From positions 23,197-87,196 of the forward strand of contig JBJMVW010000221.1 in NCBI GenBank assembly GCA_045810465.1: DNA of 64,000 bases, in the 5' to 3' direction. This document shows positions 28,307-37,315 of the stretch, piece by piece. Positions within the stretch are counted from its first letter, which is position 1. Each line of letters begins with the position of its first letter. The stretch is from Massilia sp. (GTDB lineage: Bacteria; Pseudomonadota; Gammaproteobacteria; Burkholderiales; Burkholderiaceae_D). Both the position numbers and the translations under genes were made by a program. The notes below the pieces were generated by a model. The model did no database searches, had not been told where the DNA came from, and worked only from the letters and a program-made list of their open reading frames with translations.

Positions 28307-28864
28307 ATGACGATGACTGGACTGGACCGCAAACTGCAGGAAAGGCTGCTGCTGGCACGCCGCAGCGAAGGTGATCGCCTGGTGCTGGCCGACGAGGTGC
28401 TGGGCGCGGCGCTCGACGGCAGCCGCCCGCTGACCGTCAACGAGCGCGCCGCGCTCGAAGCCTCGCCGCTGACCGTGCGCCGCCTGCGCCAGCTTTCCAT
28501 CGAGCGCCGCAGCGCCGCGAACGATTGCGCCTGGAACGGCAGCGCCGGCATGCTGCGCGCCGCCGACAACGGCGCCGCGCTGGCCGAACTGGCGACCGAC
28601 GACGGCTGCTGGACCCTGCATTTTGTCGGCCGCGACGGCGACTCGCGCGTGATCCTGCAGCTGGCCGCCGGCGCGCCTTTCGCCGCGCGCCTGCTGCGCG
28701 AACAGGCGATGCTGCGGGTAGTCGATGGCGGCGGCGCAGTGGTGCTGCAGGGCCGGCTGGATGCCGACGGCGAGTGCGAGGCCGCGTGGCCGTTCGCCAG
28801 CGCGCCTGCCGCCCACTTCCAGCGCGCCGGCGCCGCGTTCGCGGTCGAACCGCTGCGGCCCTGA
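28307..28864 (+). CDS. Hypothetical protein (185 aa)
   Basis: RBS GAAGGAG 7 nt upstream. Starts 12 nt after the previous stop. Confidence 0.5.
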   Translation: MTMTGLDRKLQERLLLARRSEGDRLVLADEVLGAALDGSRPLTVNERAALEASPLTVRRLRQLSIERRSAANDCAWNGSAGMLRAADNGAALAELATDDGCWTLHFVGRDGDSRVILQLAAGAPFAARLLREQAMLRVVDGGGAVVLQGRLDADGECEAAWPFASAPAAHFQRAGAAFAVEPLRP

Positions 28865-28867
28865 CGC

Positions 28868-29917
28868 ATGCTCGGCCTGTTCAAACGCTTGGGGCCGCAG
28901 GCCGGGGTCGACACCTCGGCCCTGGGCGCAAGCGCGCTGGCGCTGCCGATGCCGTCCGCTCGCGTGGTGCCGGCCGCTTGCACTGGTGTGGTGGTCGCGA
29001 GTAGCGGCAGCACGCGCCGAGTGGCCGAGGGCGCCAGGCTGGTGCTGGCCGAGGGCGAGCGCGCGTTCTGCTTCCACCCAGGCCCCTACAGCGCGGAGCT
29101 GGCGCCGTTCGCGGCGGCGCCCGAGATCGGGCTGCGGGTCGCGTTCGCGGTCGATCGCCCCGACCCGCGCGCGATCCAACAGCGCTTTGACCTGTACCTT
29201 GCGAGCGAAGGCGGCGACGGGGTCGGGCTGGCCGCCTTCGTGGCCGCTGTCGAGGCGGCGCTGCAGCGTGAACTGGCCCAGGGCAACCTCGAACTGCCCC
29301 CGTGCACCACGCTGGAGGAATGGAACGCCTTCCGGGCCGGGTTCGACCAGTTGCTGTATTCCCGCTTTGGGGTGACGGTCGACGATTGCGTGCCGGTCGA
29401 CCTGGGCGAGTGCCGCGACTACGCCGCCATGCTGGAGGGACGCGCCGCGGCCGCACCCGTGGCCGCGATGGCCCCGCCCGAGGCACCGCATACGGCGCTG
29501 GCGTTCGATCCGGCGTGCGCCGATGCGGCTGCATTGCGGCGCCTGTTCCTCGAACTGCCATGCGTGATGTGCGCGTTGCGCGTTGCGGTGCTGCCGGCCG
29601 GGCAGGCGCTGTTCCGCCAGCACCAGGCGCTGCTGCAGCGCCTCGATTTGGTGAGCCTGTCCGTCGCGACCATGCCGGCACTCGAACTGGAAGCGCCGGG
29701 CCAGCCGCTTGCGCCCGGCCAGCAGTTGCGCCGCGCCCGCCACAGCAGCCGCGCCGCGGTCGGGCTGGACGAGGCATGGGCGCTGCTTGCGCGCCTCGAG
29801 CATGCCGGCGAGGCGCAACTGGCGGCGCTGTTCGACGAAGCCGACCGCATCGTCGCCAACCTGGAACACGACACGGCCGGCCGCCGCGCCGTGGCCGGCG
29901 AAACGGAGGGAGCATGA
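28868..29917 (+). CDS. Hypothetical protein (349 aa)
   Basis: Starts 3 nt after the previous stop. The next gene overlaps it via ATGA. Confidence 0.5.
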   Translation: MLGLFKRLGPQAGVDTSALGASALALPMPSARVVPAACTGVVVASSGSTRRVAEGARLVLAEGERAFCFHPGPYSAELAPFAAAPEIGLRVAFAVDRPDPRAIQQRFDLYLASEGGDGVGLAAFVAAVEAALQRELAQGNLELPPCTTLEEWNAFRAGFDQLLYSRFGVTVDDCVPVDLGECRDYAAMLEGRAAAAPVAAMAPPEAPHTALAFDPACADAAALRRLFLELPCVMCALRVAVLPAGQALFRQHQALLQRLDLVSLSVATMPALELEAPGQPLAPGQQLRRARHSSRAAVGLDEAWALLARLEHAGEAQLAALFDEADRIVANLEHDTAGRRAVAGETEGA

Positions 29918-30918
29918 TTGCGCTGCCCGTCGGCGCCGAATGCCGCAGCATGCTGGCCGACGGCTCGCTGCTGACGGTGAGCGCGACCCGGCGCGAACGC
30001 GCAGGCCGGGCCGACGTCAAGTGCAGCGCGGGTGGCAACCTGGCGCTGGCCGGACGGATGCAGCAGGTGGTGCGCCTCGCGCGCCTGACCGAAGCGCGCC
30101 TGGACAGCCGCGACCAGGTCGTGATCAGCATGGACCGGCCGCCGCAGGATCATGAACGCGACTGGGAACTGGCCGTGGTGCTGGCCGACCGCATGGTGCG
30201 CGGCCTGTTCCACGGCGCCGGCGCCGTGTGCGCCAACGGCTGGTCCGACGAATGGCACCTGGGCCGCGTCACGGGACACGACCTGCACGAGGCCCCGGCC
30301 CACGTGCTGCTCGGCGGCGAGGGCGGTTTGCCGCACCTGGGCGCGTTGGCCGGGCGGCCCGACCAGTCGGCGGCGGTGTCAAGCGCGCGCGCCTGGTTCC
30401 CGCTGCGCAGTGGTGGCATCAACGATAGCCTGTGCTGGGTCGAGGTGAGCGTATATCCGCTCGCGCACGACGGCGCCGACGAGGAAGCGTCGATCGCCGT
30501 GCCTGGCCTCGACGCTGCGCGCCAGTTGGCGGTGCGCCAGGCGCTGGTCGGCGCGCGCCATTTCGATGGCCGTGCGCTTGGGCGCTGGCGCAGCGTGGTG
30601 CGCTTCGGGCAGGACCGGTTCCAGGGCAATTCGTATGAACTGGCGCTGGTGATGGCCGACCGCCTGGCGCGCGGCCGCGAGTTCCTGCCGCGCGGGCGCA
30701 TTGTCGCCAGCGGCTGTTCGGCCGCCTGGCACGTGGGGCGCGTGGATACGGTGGAGGCGCTGGCGCCGAAATGCGCGCTGATCCTGCACAGCGCGGCGCC
30801 GGGCGACCGCATCCTGCTGCCGAAGGCGTGGAAGCCAGGGCTTCCGCCCGGGTACGCGGACGCGCTGCGGGCGAAGGGCGCGAGCCTGGCCTGCGTGGAG
30901 CGGATCGGGATCATTTGA
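29914..30918 (+). CDS. Protein with tandem Lon-protease C-terminal (S16-like) domains, second copy retaining candidate Ser/Lys dyad
   Basis: RBS GGAGGG; ATGA overlap. Internal duplication: DWELAVVLADRMVRGLF...GWSDEWHLGRVTG and NSYELALVMADRLARGREFLPRGRIVASGCSAAWHVGRVDTVEALAPKCALILHSAAPGDRILLPK. Compare Lon [51 protein letters not shown]. Confidence 0.5.
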   Translation: MIALPVGAECRSMLADGSLLTVSATRRERAGRADVKCSAGGNLALAGRMQQVVRLARLTEARLDSRDQVVISMDRPPQDHERDWELAVVLADRMVRGLFHGAGAVCANGWSDEWHLGRVTGHDLHEAPAHVLLGGEGGLPHLGALAGRPDQSAAVSSARAWFPLRSGGINDSLCWVEVSVYPLAHDGADEEASIAVPGLDAARQLAVRQALVGARHFDGRALGRWRSVVRFGQDRFQGNSYELALVMADRLARGREFLPRGRIVASGCSAAWHVGRVDTVEALAPKCALILHSAAPGDRILLPKAWKPGLPPGYADALRAKGASLACVERIGII

Positions 30919-31031
30919 GCTGTGTCGCGCACGCTTGCGGCACGTGCGGCGCCAGCGGGCTGTGCACTGCTAGAATCGACCTCGGCAGTATCGCGCGTCG
31001 CAGCGTGCACAATGACAACCAGGAGTCGGAT

Positions 31032-32969
31032 ATGTTCCAGATGTTCGGTTTTGGCGGGGCCGGGTGCCCGCGCTGTGGACACAAGGACGCGGACAAGGCG
31101 GGCTATTGCGCCCGTTGCGGGCTGACGCCCGGCGCGCCGCGCAACGCGCCGGTGCTGCGCGAGAACCGCTGGGTCGCCGGTCCCGACGAACTGGCGGTAT
31201 TCTTTGGCGTGCGCGAGCTGGCGGGCGTGTTCGTCAAGACGCTGCGCGTGCCGGCCACCGCGCGCGCCTACATCCTGCAGGGCGACAAGGCGACCGAAGT
31301 GCCCCAGGGCGAATACGAGATCGAAGGCTTTTTCACGCGCCTGAACCACCTGCTGCGCGACCAGCATGCCGAGATCCTGGTCACCCGCACCGGCGCGCTG
31401 CCGGTCGAATTCGCGTTCGACGGCCTGCCGACCGCCGAACACCTCGAGGTAGCGGCGCGCTTCACGGTCAGCGTCAAGATCGAGAACGTGCCCGCGTTCG
31501 CGCGCCACTTCATGACCATGCCGGGCACCATCGGCAGCGCCCAGCTGCGCGAACTGTTGTCCGCGCCGGTACGCCAGTTTGCAGCCGAATTCATCGCCGC
31601 CCGATCGATCCGCGAGATGGCCGACAACCGTGAGCTGCGCGCGCAGCTCGACGAACGGCTGCAGGGCGCCCTCAAGCTGCTGCTGGCCCAGTACGGGCTG
31701 GCGGTGTCGCAGGTCGACACGCTGGCCCTGTGCCACGACAAGTTCGACGCCAACCGGAAGCGCATCGGCAGCCTGTGGCTGGTGGCGGACGAGCGCCACG
31801 TGCAGCTCGAACATGCGAAGCACCTCGACCAGCTGTACAACGACGAGGAATGGCAGCGCATCCGGCGCGAGGAACAGGAGGCGCGCCTGCGGCACAAGCG
31901 CGCCGAGCTGCGCCAGCTTGAAACCATCGAGCGCGCCGAGTTGTCGCTGGCGGGCGCCGAACGCGCGCACGCGATCCGCTCGCGCGAGATCGACCTGTAC
32001 GGGCGCATCGTCGAATCGAAGTCGCGCCGCCAGGCGATCGAACGCGGCGCCGGTGACCTGCTGGCCGACCTCGAACACGACATCGCCAAAAAAGGCGCGC
32101 AGCGCGCCGGCGAGGCCGCCGGGTGGGAGCACGTGCGCGCGCTGGCCGGGATCAGGATGCGCACCGAGCTCGAGGTCGCGCAGCAGGAGGCGCGCCAGTC
32201 GCGCGTGCTGGCGCAGCAGCGCTTTTCGCACCAGCTGCTGCAGCAGCAGATCAGGAACAAGATCGAGCAGGTGCGCCAGATCGAGGACGCGGCGCACCAG
32301 CGTGCCGAGCTCGCGCGGCTGCGCGACAGCGAGCTGGTGGCGGAGCGCCGCGCGCGCGCGCTCGACGACGAGGAACACGCGGCGCGCTACCAGCTGCTGG
32401 TATTGGCCAATGCGGCGCGGCGGCGCGAGGCCGAGCGCGAGCTGGAATGGGAGGAAGAACTGGCCCTGGGCCGCAAGCGCGAGCTGCTGCGCAGCGAATC
32501 CTTGCAGGCGGAGGAAGCGGCGCAACAGCTCGAGGCAATGCGCCGCAGTGGCGCATCGGCCCACGCGCTTGCCCAGCACGAAAAGCTGCTGCGCACGATC
32601 GAGGCCGATCACCTGCACCAGCGCGGCGCGCACCAGTTGCAGCAGGAGCTTGAAGCGCGCCGCGATGCGCACGAGATCGCCCGCAGCGAGTCGTTCGCGG
32701 CGATGGACGATGCCGCAAAGCTGGCGCTGGCGCCGGCCTCGAACGCCGCGGTGCTGGGCGACTACCTGAAGACGCGGGTGCACGCCGCCATGGACCCCGG
32801 CCAGCTCGCGGCGCTGGCCGGGGTGGTCGCGGCAACCAACAGCGTGGCGCCGCTCGACGCCGCGCGCATGGCGCAGGAACGCGCCGACCAGGAACGCGCG
32901 CAGCGCGACGCCGAGGTGGAAAACGAACGCCGCCACCAGCTTGACCTGCTCGCGCTCCGGAAGCCCTGA
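31032..32969 (+). CDS. Zinc-ribbon + SPFH (band-7) + long coiled-coil protein (flotillin/YqiK-like)
   Basis: RBS AGGAG. CPRCGH...CARCG zinc ribbon; SPFH-like core (...SAQLRELLSAPVRQFAAEFIAARSIREMADNRELRAQLDERLQGALKLLLAQYGLAVSQVDTLAL); about 350 aa of E/R/A/Q-rich coiled coil. Confidence 0.65.
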   Translation: MFQMFGFGGAGCPRCGHKDADKAGYCARCGLTPGAPRNAPVLRENRWVAGPDELAVFFGVRELAGVFVKTLRVPATARAYILQGDKATEVPQGEYEIEGFFTRLNHLLRDQHAEILVTRTGALPVEFAFDGLPTAEHLEVAARFTVSVKIENVPAFARHFMTMPGTIGSAQLRELLSAPVRQFAAEFIAARSIREMADNRELRAQLDERLQGALKLLLAQYGLAVSQVDTLALCHDKFDANRKRIGSLWLVADERHVQLEHAKHLDQLYNDEEWQRIRREEQEARLRHKRAELRQLETIERAELSLAGAERAHAIRSREIDLYGRIVESKSRRQAIERGAGDLLADLEHDIAKKGAQRAGEAAGWEHVRALAGIRMRTELEVAQQEARQSRVLAQQRFSHQLLQQQIRNKIEQVRQIEDAAHQRAELARLRDSELVAERRARALDDEEHAARYQLLVLANAARRREAERELEWEEELALGRKRELLRSESLQAEEAAQQLEAMRRSGASAHALAQHEKLLRTIEADHLHQRGAHQLQQELEARRDAHEIARSESFAAMDDAAKLALAPASNAAVLGDYLKTRVHAAMDPGQLAALAGVVAATNSVAPLDAARMAQERADQERAQRDAEVENERRHQLDLLALRKP

Positions 32970-32976
32970 TCCGGTC

Positions 32977-35121
32977 ATGCAAACGGCCATCGACAAGATC
33001 CGCGAATTGCGCGCGCTGCACGAGGACGGCCTGTTGAGCCGCCACGAGTTCGACCTGCGCAAGGACGCGATCCTCGATGCCGCCTGCGCCACGCCGGTGG
33101 AGCTGCCGCCGGCGCATGAAGCGGCCGCCGGGCGCCCCGGCACCGAGATCGGCCTGATGGCTGGCCAGGAGCTTGGGCCGCCCGCGCGCCGCTATCGCCT
33201 CGAGCGCCTGATTGCGTGCGGCAGCGTGGCCCAGGTGTGGCAGGCCACCGACCTCGCGACCCAGGCCGAGCTGGGCCACAGCGCGCAGGTGGCGCTGAAG
33301 ATCCTGGCCCCGCAACTGACCCGGAACGCGAACTACGCGCGCCTGCTGGTCGAGGAAGCGGCTCGCGCGCGGCGGCTCGCGCACGAACACATCGTGCGGG
33401 TGTACGACTGGGCGCGGGACCCTGCCACCGCGAGCTACTTCATCATCATGGAATGGCTGGAGGGCGCCGACCTCGACACCCTGCTGGCGCGCGATGGCCC
33501 GCCCGGCGTGGCGCGCGCGCTGGAACTGCTCGCGCCGGTCGCCGCGGCGCTCGACTATGCGTGGGACAAGCACCGGCTGGTCCACCGCGACATCAAACCG
33601 GCCAATGTGTTCGTGACCAAAAAGGGCGAAGTCAAGCTGCTCGATTTCGGCATCGCGGCGCGTGCACGCGCGACGGCCGGCGGGTCGGTGCTGGAAGCGC
33701 CGGCCAGCTCGGGGACCGCGGGCTACCGCGCGCCGGAGGCCGGTGTGCCGGGGCGGCGCCCGGAGCCAACGCTCGATGTCTACGCGGTCGCGGTGATGTT
33801 TTACCAGATGGTGAGCACAGGCCTGCCGTTCGGGCCTGCGCGCCAGGCTGGGGATACCCCGGCCAGGCCCGACTGCCTTGGCGAGCATCAGTGGCGCACG
33901 CTGCAGGCCGGTTTTGCGCCGGATCCCGCGGCGCGCCCGGCAACCGTGGGCGAACTGCTGGCGCGCCTGCGCGACAGCGCCAGCAAAGTAGTGGCGCAGC
34001 CAGCAATCGAAGCACCGAAGGCCGCGCCCGCCAAGGCTGAACCCCAGGGGACGCAGGTGCTATTGGCGCGCCAGCGACGCGAGCGCGAGAAGCAGGAGCG
34101 CGCAGCCGCCGAATCGGCTCGCCTCAAACGCAAGGAAGCGCTGCGCCAGCAGCTGCTCGCGCGGCGCGCCGAGGACGCCGAAAAAGCGAGGCTGTCCAAA
34201 GAGGAGGCGCGGCGCAAGGCACTGCAGGCGCGTGCGGCCGGCGCGTACCTGGTGCAGCAACAGCGCGAGCGCATGCTACCCGCTGGCCGCGACGAAGCCG
34301 GTTCGCAACCCGTCCTGCGCGATCGCTTCATCGACGGTGGCGGCGCGGGTCCTGCACTGGTGCCGCTCCCCGCCGGACGATTTCAAATGGGCTCACCCGA
34401 GCATGAGCACGACATCGCGCTGCAGGCCGGCGCGCGCAAGCACTGGCTGGCGCGCGAGCTGCCGCGGCATTGGGTCGACATCGGGCGCGCTTTTGCGCTG
34501 GGCCGCTATCCGGTCACCGTCGGGGAGTGGCGCGAGTTCGCGGCCGCCACCGGTTGGCATGGGAAGGGCGCGGTTGACTGGCAGTGCCCCGGCTTTGCGC
34601 AGGCCGACGCGCACCCGGTGGTCGGCATCACATGGCACGACGCGCAGCAGTACCTGCGCTGGCTGTCGGCGCACACCGGCCAGGCCTACCGCCTGCCGAG
34701 CGAAGCGGAGTGGGAATACGCCTGCCGCGCCGGCACCAAAACCGCCTTCAGCTGCGGCGACACCATCAGCACCGAGCTCGCCAATTACGACGGCACCTTT
34801 AGCTACAACGCCGGGCCGCGCGGCGTGTTCCGCCAAGGGACGACAGCGGTGGGCAGTTTTGCGCCCAATCCGTGGGGCCTGTTCGACATGCACGGCAACG
34901 TGTGGGAATGGGTGCAGGACACGGTCCATGACAACTACGACGGCGCCCCGCTCGACGGCAGCGCGTGGGAGGAGGGCGGCGACCAGGCCCGCCGCATCCT
35001 GCGCGGCGGCTCCTGGCTGTACCACCCGCGCTACCTGCGCTCGGCGCTGCGCAACGGGTTCTCGGCCGCCCTGTGCAATGACATCGTCGGCTTCCGGGTG
35101 GCGAGGGACCTGCCGCGATAG
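32977..35121 (+). CDS. SHOCT domain / Ser-Thr protein kinase / FGE-sulfatase (SUMF1-like) domain fusion
   Basis: N-terminal IDKIRELRALHEDGLLSRHEFDLRKDAIL (SHOCT). Kinase motifs HRDIKPANVFV, DFGIA, GTAGYRAPE. C-terminal RLPSEAEWEYACRAGTKT...GNVWEWVQD...RGGSW (FGE-sulfatase). Confidence 0.8.
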   Translation: MQTAIDKIRELRALHEDGLLSRHEFDLRKDAILDAACATPVELPPAHEAAAGRPGTEIGLMAGQELGPPARRYRLERLIACGSVAQVWQATDLATQAELGHSAQVALKILAPQLTRNANYARLLVEEAARARRLAHEHIVRVYDWARDPATASYFIIMEWLEGADLDTLLARDGPPGVARALELLAPVAAALDYAWDKHRLVHRDIKPANVFVTKKGEVKLLDFGIAARARATAGGSVLEAPASSGTAGYRAPEAGVPGRRPEPTLDVYAVAVMFYQMVSTGLPFGPARQAGDTPARPDCLGEHQWRTLQAGFAPDPAARPATVGELLARLRDSASKVVAQPAIEAPKAAPAKAEPQGTQVLLARQRREREKQERAAAESARLKRKEALRQQLLARRAEDAEKARLSKEEARRKALQARAAGAYLVQQQRERMLPAGRDEAGSQPVLRDRFIDGGGAGPALVPLPAGRFQMGSPEHEHDIALQAGARKHWLARELPRHWVDIGRAFALGRYPVTVGEWREFAAATGWHGKGAVDWQCPGFAQADAHPVVGITWHDAQQYLRWLSAHTGQAYRLPSEAEWEYACRAGTKTAFSCGDTISTELANYDGTFSYNAGPRGVFRQGTTAVGSFAPNPWGLFDMHGNVWEWVQDTVHDNYDGAPLDGSAWEEGGDQARRILRGGSWLYHPRYLRSALRNGFSAALCNDIVGFRVARDLPR

Positions 35122-35266
35122 CTGCGCCGGTTCGCTGCGATATACTGGCGGTTTCGTTCAACATCGCTCCCGCCAATGCGCTTCGTTTCTTGCCTTGCTC
35201 TCGTTCGTCGCTCGCCGGCCGGGTCCATCGGCGGGTCGCCCTTGACCTCGTGCGTGACAAACGACC

Positions 35267-35944
35267 GTGCCCCATCTGCTCGATAACATCTTCTGGAATA
35301 CGCTGACCGGCCCGCACGCGCGCTACGCCAGCGGCACCGCCGACGCGCGCCGGTATGCGCCGGGCTTCTCGCCGATCGTCGGCTTCCCGGATCCCGGCCA
35401 GCCGAACCTGGCCGCCCTGCTGCCGTTCTGCGAGCCGGGCGAACAGTTCTATTGCGACGGCTGGTCCGGTCCCGCGCCGCAAGGCTGGTCCATCGTGGCC
35501 GAGTCCACCATGTTCCGCATGATCTGGGATGGCGCCACGCCGCAGGTGGACGAAGCGCCGGACGCCACCGCACTCGGTCCGCAGCATGCGGCACAAGCGC
35601 TGGAGCTGGCGCTGCTGACGCGTCCCGGCCCGTTTGGCCCGCGTACCCCCGAGCTGGGCGAGTACTTCGGCTATTTCGAGGACGAGCGGCTGGTCGCCAT
35701 GGCGGGCGAGCGCATGGCAGCGCCCGGCCTGCGCGAGATCAGCGGCGTTTGCACCCATCCCGCTTTCCAGGGCCGCGGCATGGCGCGCCGGCTCATGCTC
35801 AAGCTGGTGCGCCGCCAGCTCGGGCGCGGCGAGACGCCGTTCCTGCACGTGATGCGCGAAAACGCGGCTGCGCACGGGCTCTACCTGCGCATGGGTTTTC
35901 GCGACCATTGCGAAACGGTGGTCCGGGTCGTCACGCCCGGTTGA
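35267..35944 (+). CDS. GNAT-family N-acetyltransferase (FR47-like)
   Basis: GTG start. C-terminal acetyl-CoA-binding motif CTHPAFQGRGMARRLM. Confidence 0.65.
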   Translation: MPHLLDNIFWNTLTGPHARYASGTADARRYAPGFSPIVGFPDPGQPNLAALLPFCEPGEQFYCDGWSGPAPQGWSIVAESTMFRMIWDGATPQVDEAPDATALGPQHAAQALELALLTRPGPFGPRTPELGEYFGYFEDERLVAMAGERMAAPGLREISGVCTHPAFQGRGMARRLMLKLVRRQLGRGETPFLHVMRENAAAHGLYLRMGFRDHCETVVRVVTPG

Positions 35945-36019
35945 GGCGGGCGCAGCCCGGTAGGGCGCGATAGTTTGGTGTACATTGTGGACTCCGATCC
36001 CCGATCACAGGAGCCTCGC

Positions 36020-36418
36020 ATGAGCATCACCGTCCGCCGCGATACTTCGCGCCCCATGCGCCACACCGTCCATGTGCGCAACCACGAGTTCGTCGTTGAC
36101 GGCACCATCGCCGAAGGCGGTGACGATGCCGGGCCCAGCGCGCACGACCTGTACGACGCCGCGCTCGGCACCTGCAAGGCGCTGACCGTGGCCTGGTACG
36201 CGCACCGCAAGGGCATGCCGTTGGGGGACGTCGAGGTCACGGTCGAGCGCGACGACAGCGCCGAGCGCCAGGGCGTGTACAAGCTGGGGACCACGCTGCG
36301 CCTGGGCGGCGACCTGTCCGACGCGCAGCGCCAGGAACTGCTGGCGGTCGCCGCCAAGTGCCCCGTGCACAAGCTGATGACCGCGGTAACCACCGAAATC
36401 ACCACCACATTGGGCTGA
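36020..36418 (+). CDS. OsmC/Ohr family peroxiredoxin
   Basis: MSITVRRD...AALGTCKALTVAWYA...AAKCPVHKL (two conserved Cys). Confidence 0.75.
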   Translation: MSITVRRDTSRPMRHTVHVRNHEFVVDGTIAEGGDDAGPSAHDLYDAALGTCKALTVAWYAHRKGMPLGDVEVTVERDDSAERQGVYKLGTTLRLGGDLSDAQRQELLAVAAKCPVHKLMTAVTTEITTTLG

Positions 36419-36421
36419 ACC

Positions 36422-37315
36422 ATGGCGATCGCTTATCTGTTCAAACCGCACGACAAGGACCTCGGCGGCGGATTCACGGTGCGCCGCGTCCTGCCGGCTG
36501 CCGCCAGGCAGGCGGTGGGGCCGTTCCTGTTCTTCGACCACATGGGGCCGGTGGAGGCCGAACCGGGCGCGAAGCACGACGTGCGCCCGCACCCGCACAT
36601 TGGCCTGGCCACCGTGACCTACCTGTTCGAAGGCGCCATCATGCACCGCGACAGCCTTGGCACGGTGCAGCGCATCGAGCCCGGCGCGATCAACCTGATG
36701 ACCGCGGGCAGCGGCATCGTGCATTCGGAACGCACGCCCGAAGACCTGGTCGGCACGCGGCGCCGCACGCATGGCCTGCAGCTGTGGGCCGCACTGCCGC
36801 GCACGCACGAGGAAACCGAGCCGCACTTTTCGCACACGCCCGCCAGCGACATTCCCGACGTGGCGTTCGATGGCGGCCGCGCGCGGGTCCTGATCGGCGC
36901 CGCGTTCGGCGCAAGCTCGCCGGTGCCCACCGTCAGCGAGACCTTGTACCTCGACGTGCACCTCGATGCCGGCAAGGCGATGATGCTCGACCGCCTGCCC
37001 GAGGAGGCCGCGCTGTATGCGATCAGCGGCGACATCGCGATCGACGGCGAACTGGTGCCGGAGCACACGATGGCGATGCTCGAACCCGACATGGCGGTGC
37101 GGGTGGCGTCGCAGGCCGGCGCGCGCTTCGTCGTCATCGGCGGCGCGCCGCTCGACGGACGCCGCTTCATCTACTGGAACTTCGTGTCCTCGAATCCGGA
37201 ACGCATCGAGCGTGCCGCCAGCGAGTGGGAGCAGGACCGCTACGCGCCGGTGCCGGGCGATACCGAGCGCATTCCGCTGCCGCCGAATTGGCCGGCCTGG
37301 AAGCGTCCGGCCTAG
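36422..37315 (+). CDS. Pirin family protein (second paralogue)
   Basis: HPHIGLATVTYLFEG...GSGIVHSE pirin motifs. Confidence 0.8.
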   Translation: MAIAYLFKPHDKDLGGGFTVRRVLPAAARQAVGPFLFFDHMGPVEAEPGAKHDVRPHPHIGLATVTYLFEGAIMHRDSLGTVQRIEPGAINLMTAGSGIVHSERTPEDLVGTRRRTHGLQLWAALPRTHEETEPHFSHTPASDIPDVAFDGGRARVLIGAAFGASSPVPTVSETLYLDVHLDAGKAMMLDRLPEEAALYAISGDIAIDGELVPEHTMAMLEPDMAVRVASQAGARFVVIGGAPLDGRRFIYWNFVSSNPERIERAASEWEQDRYAPVPGDTERIPLPPNWPAWKRPA

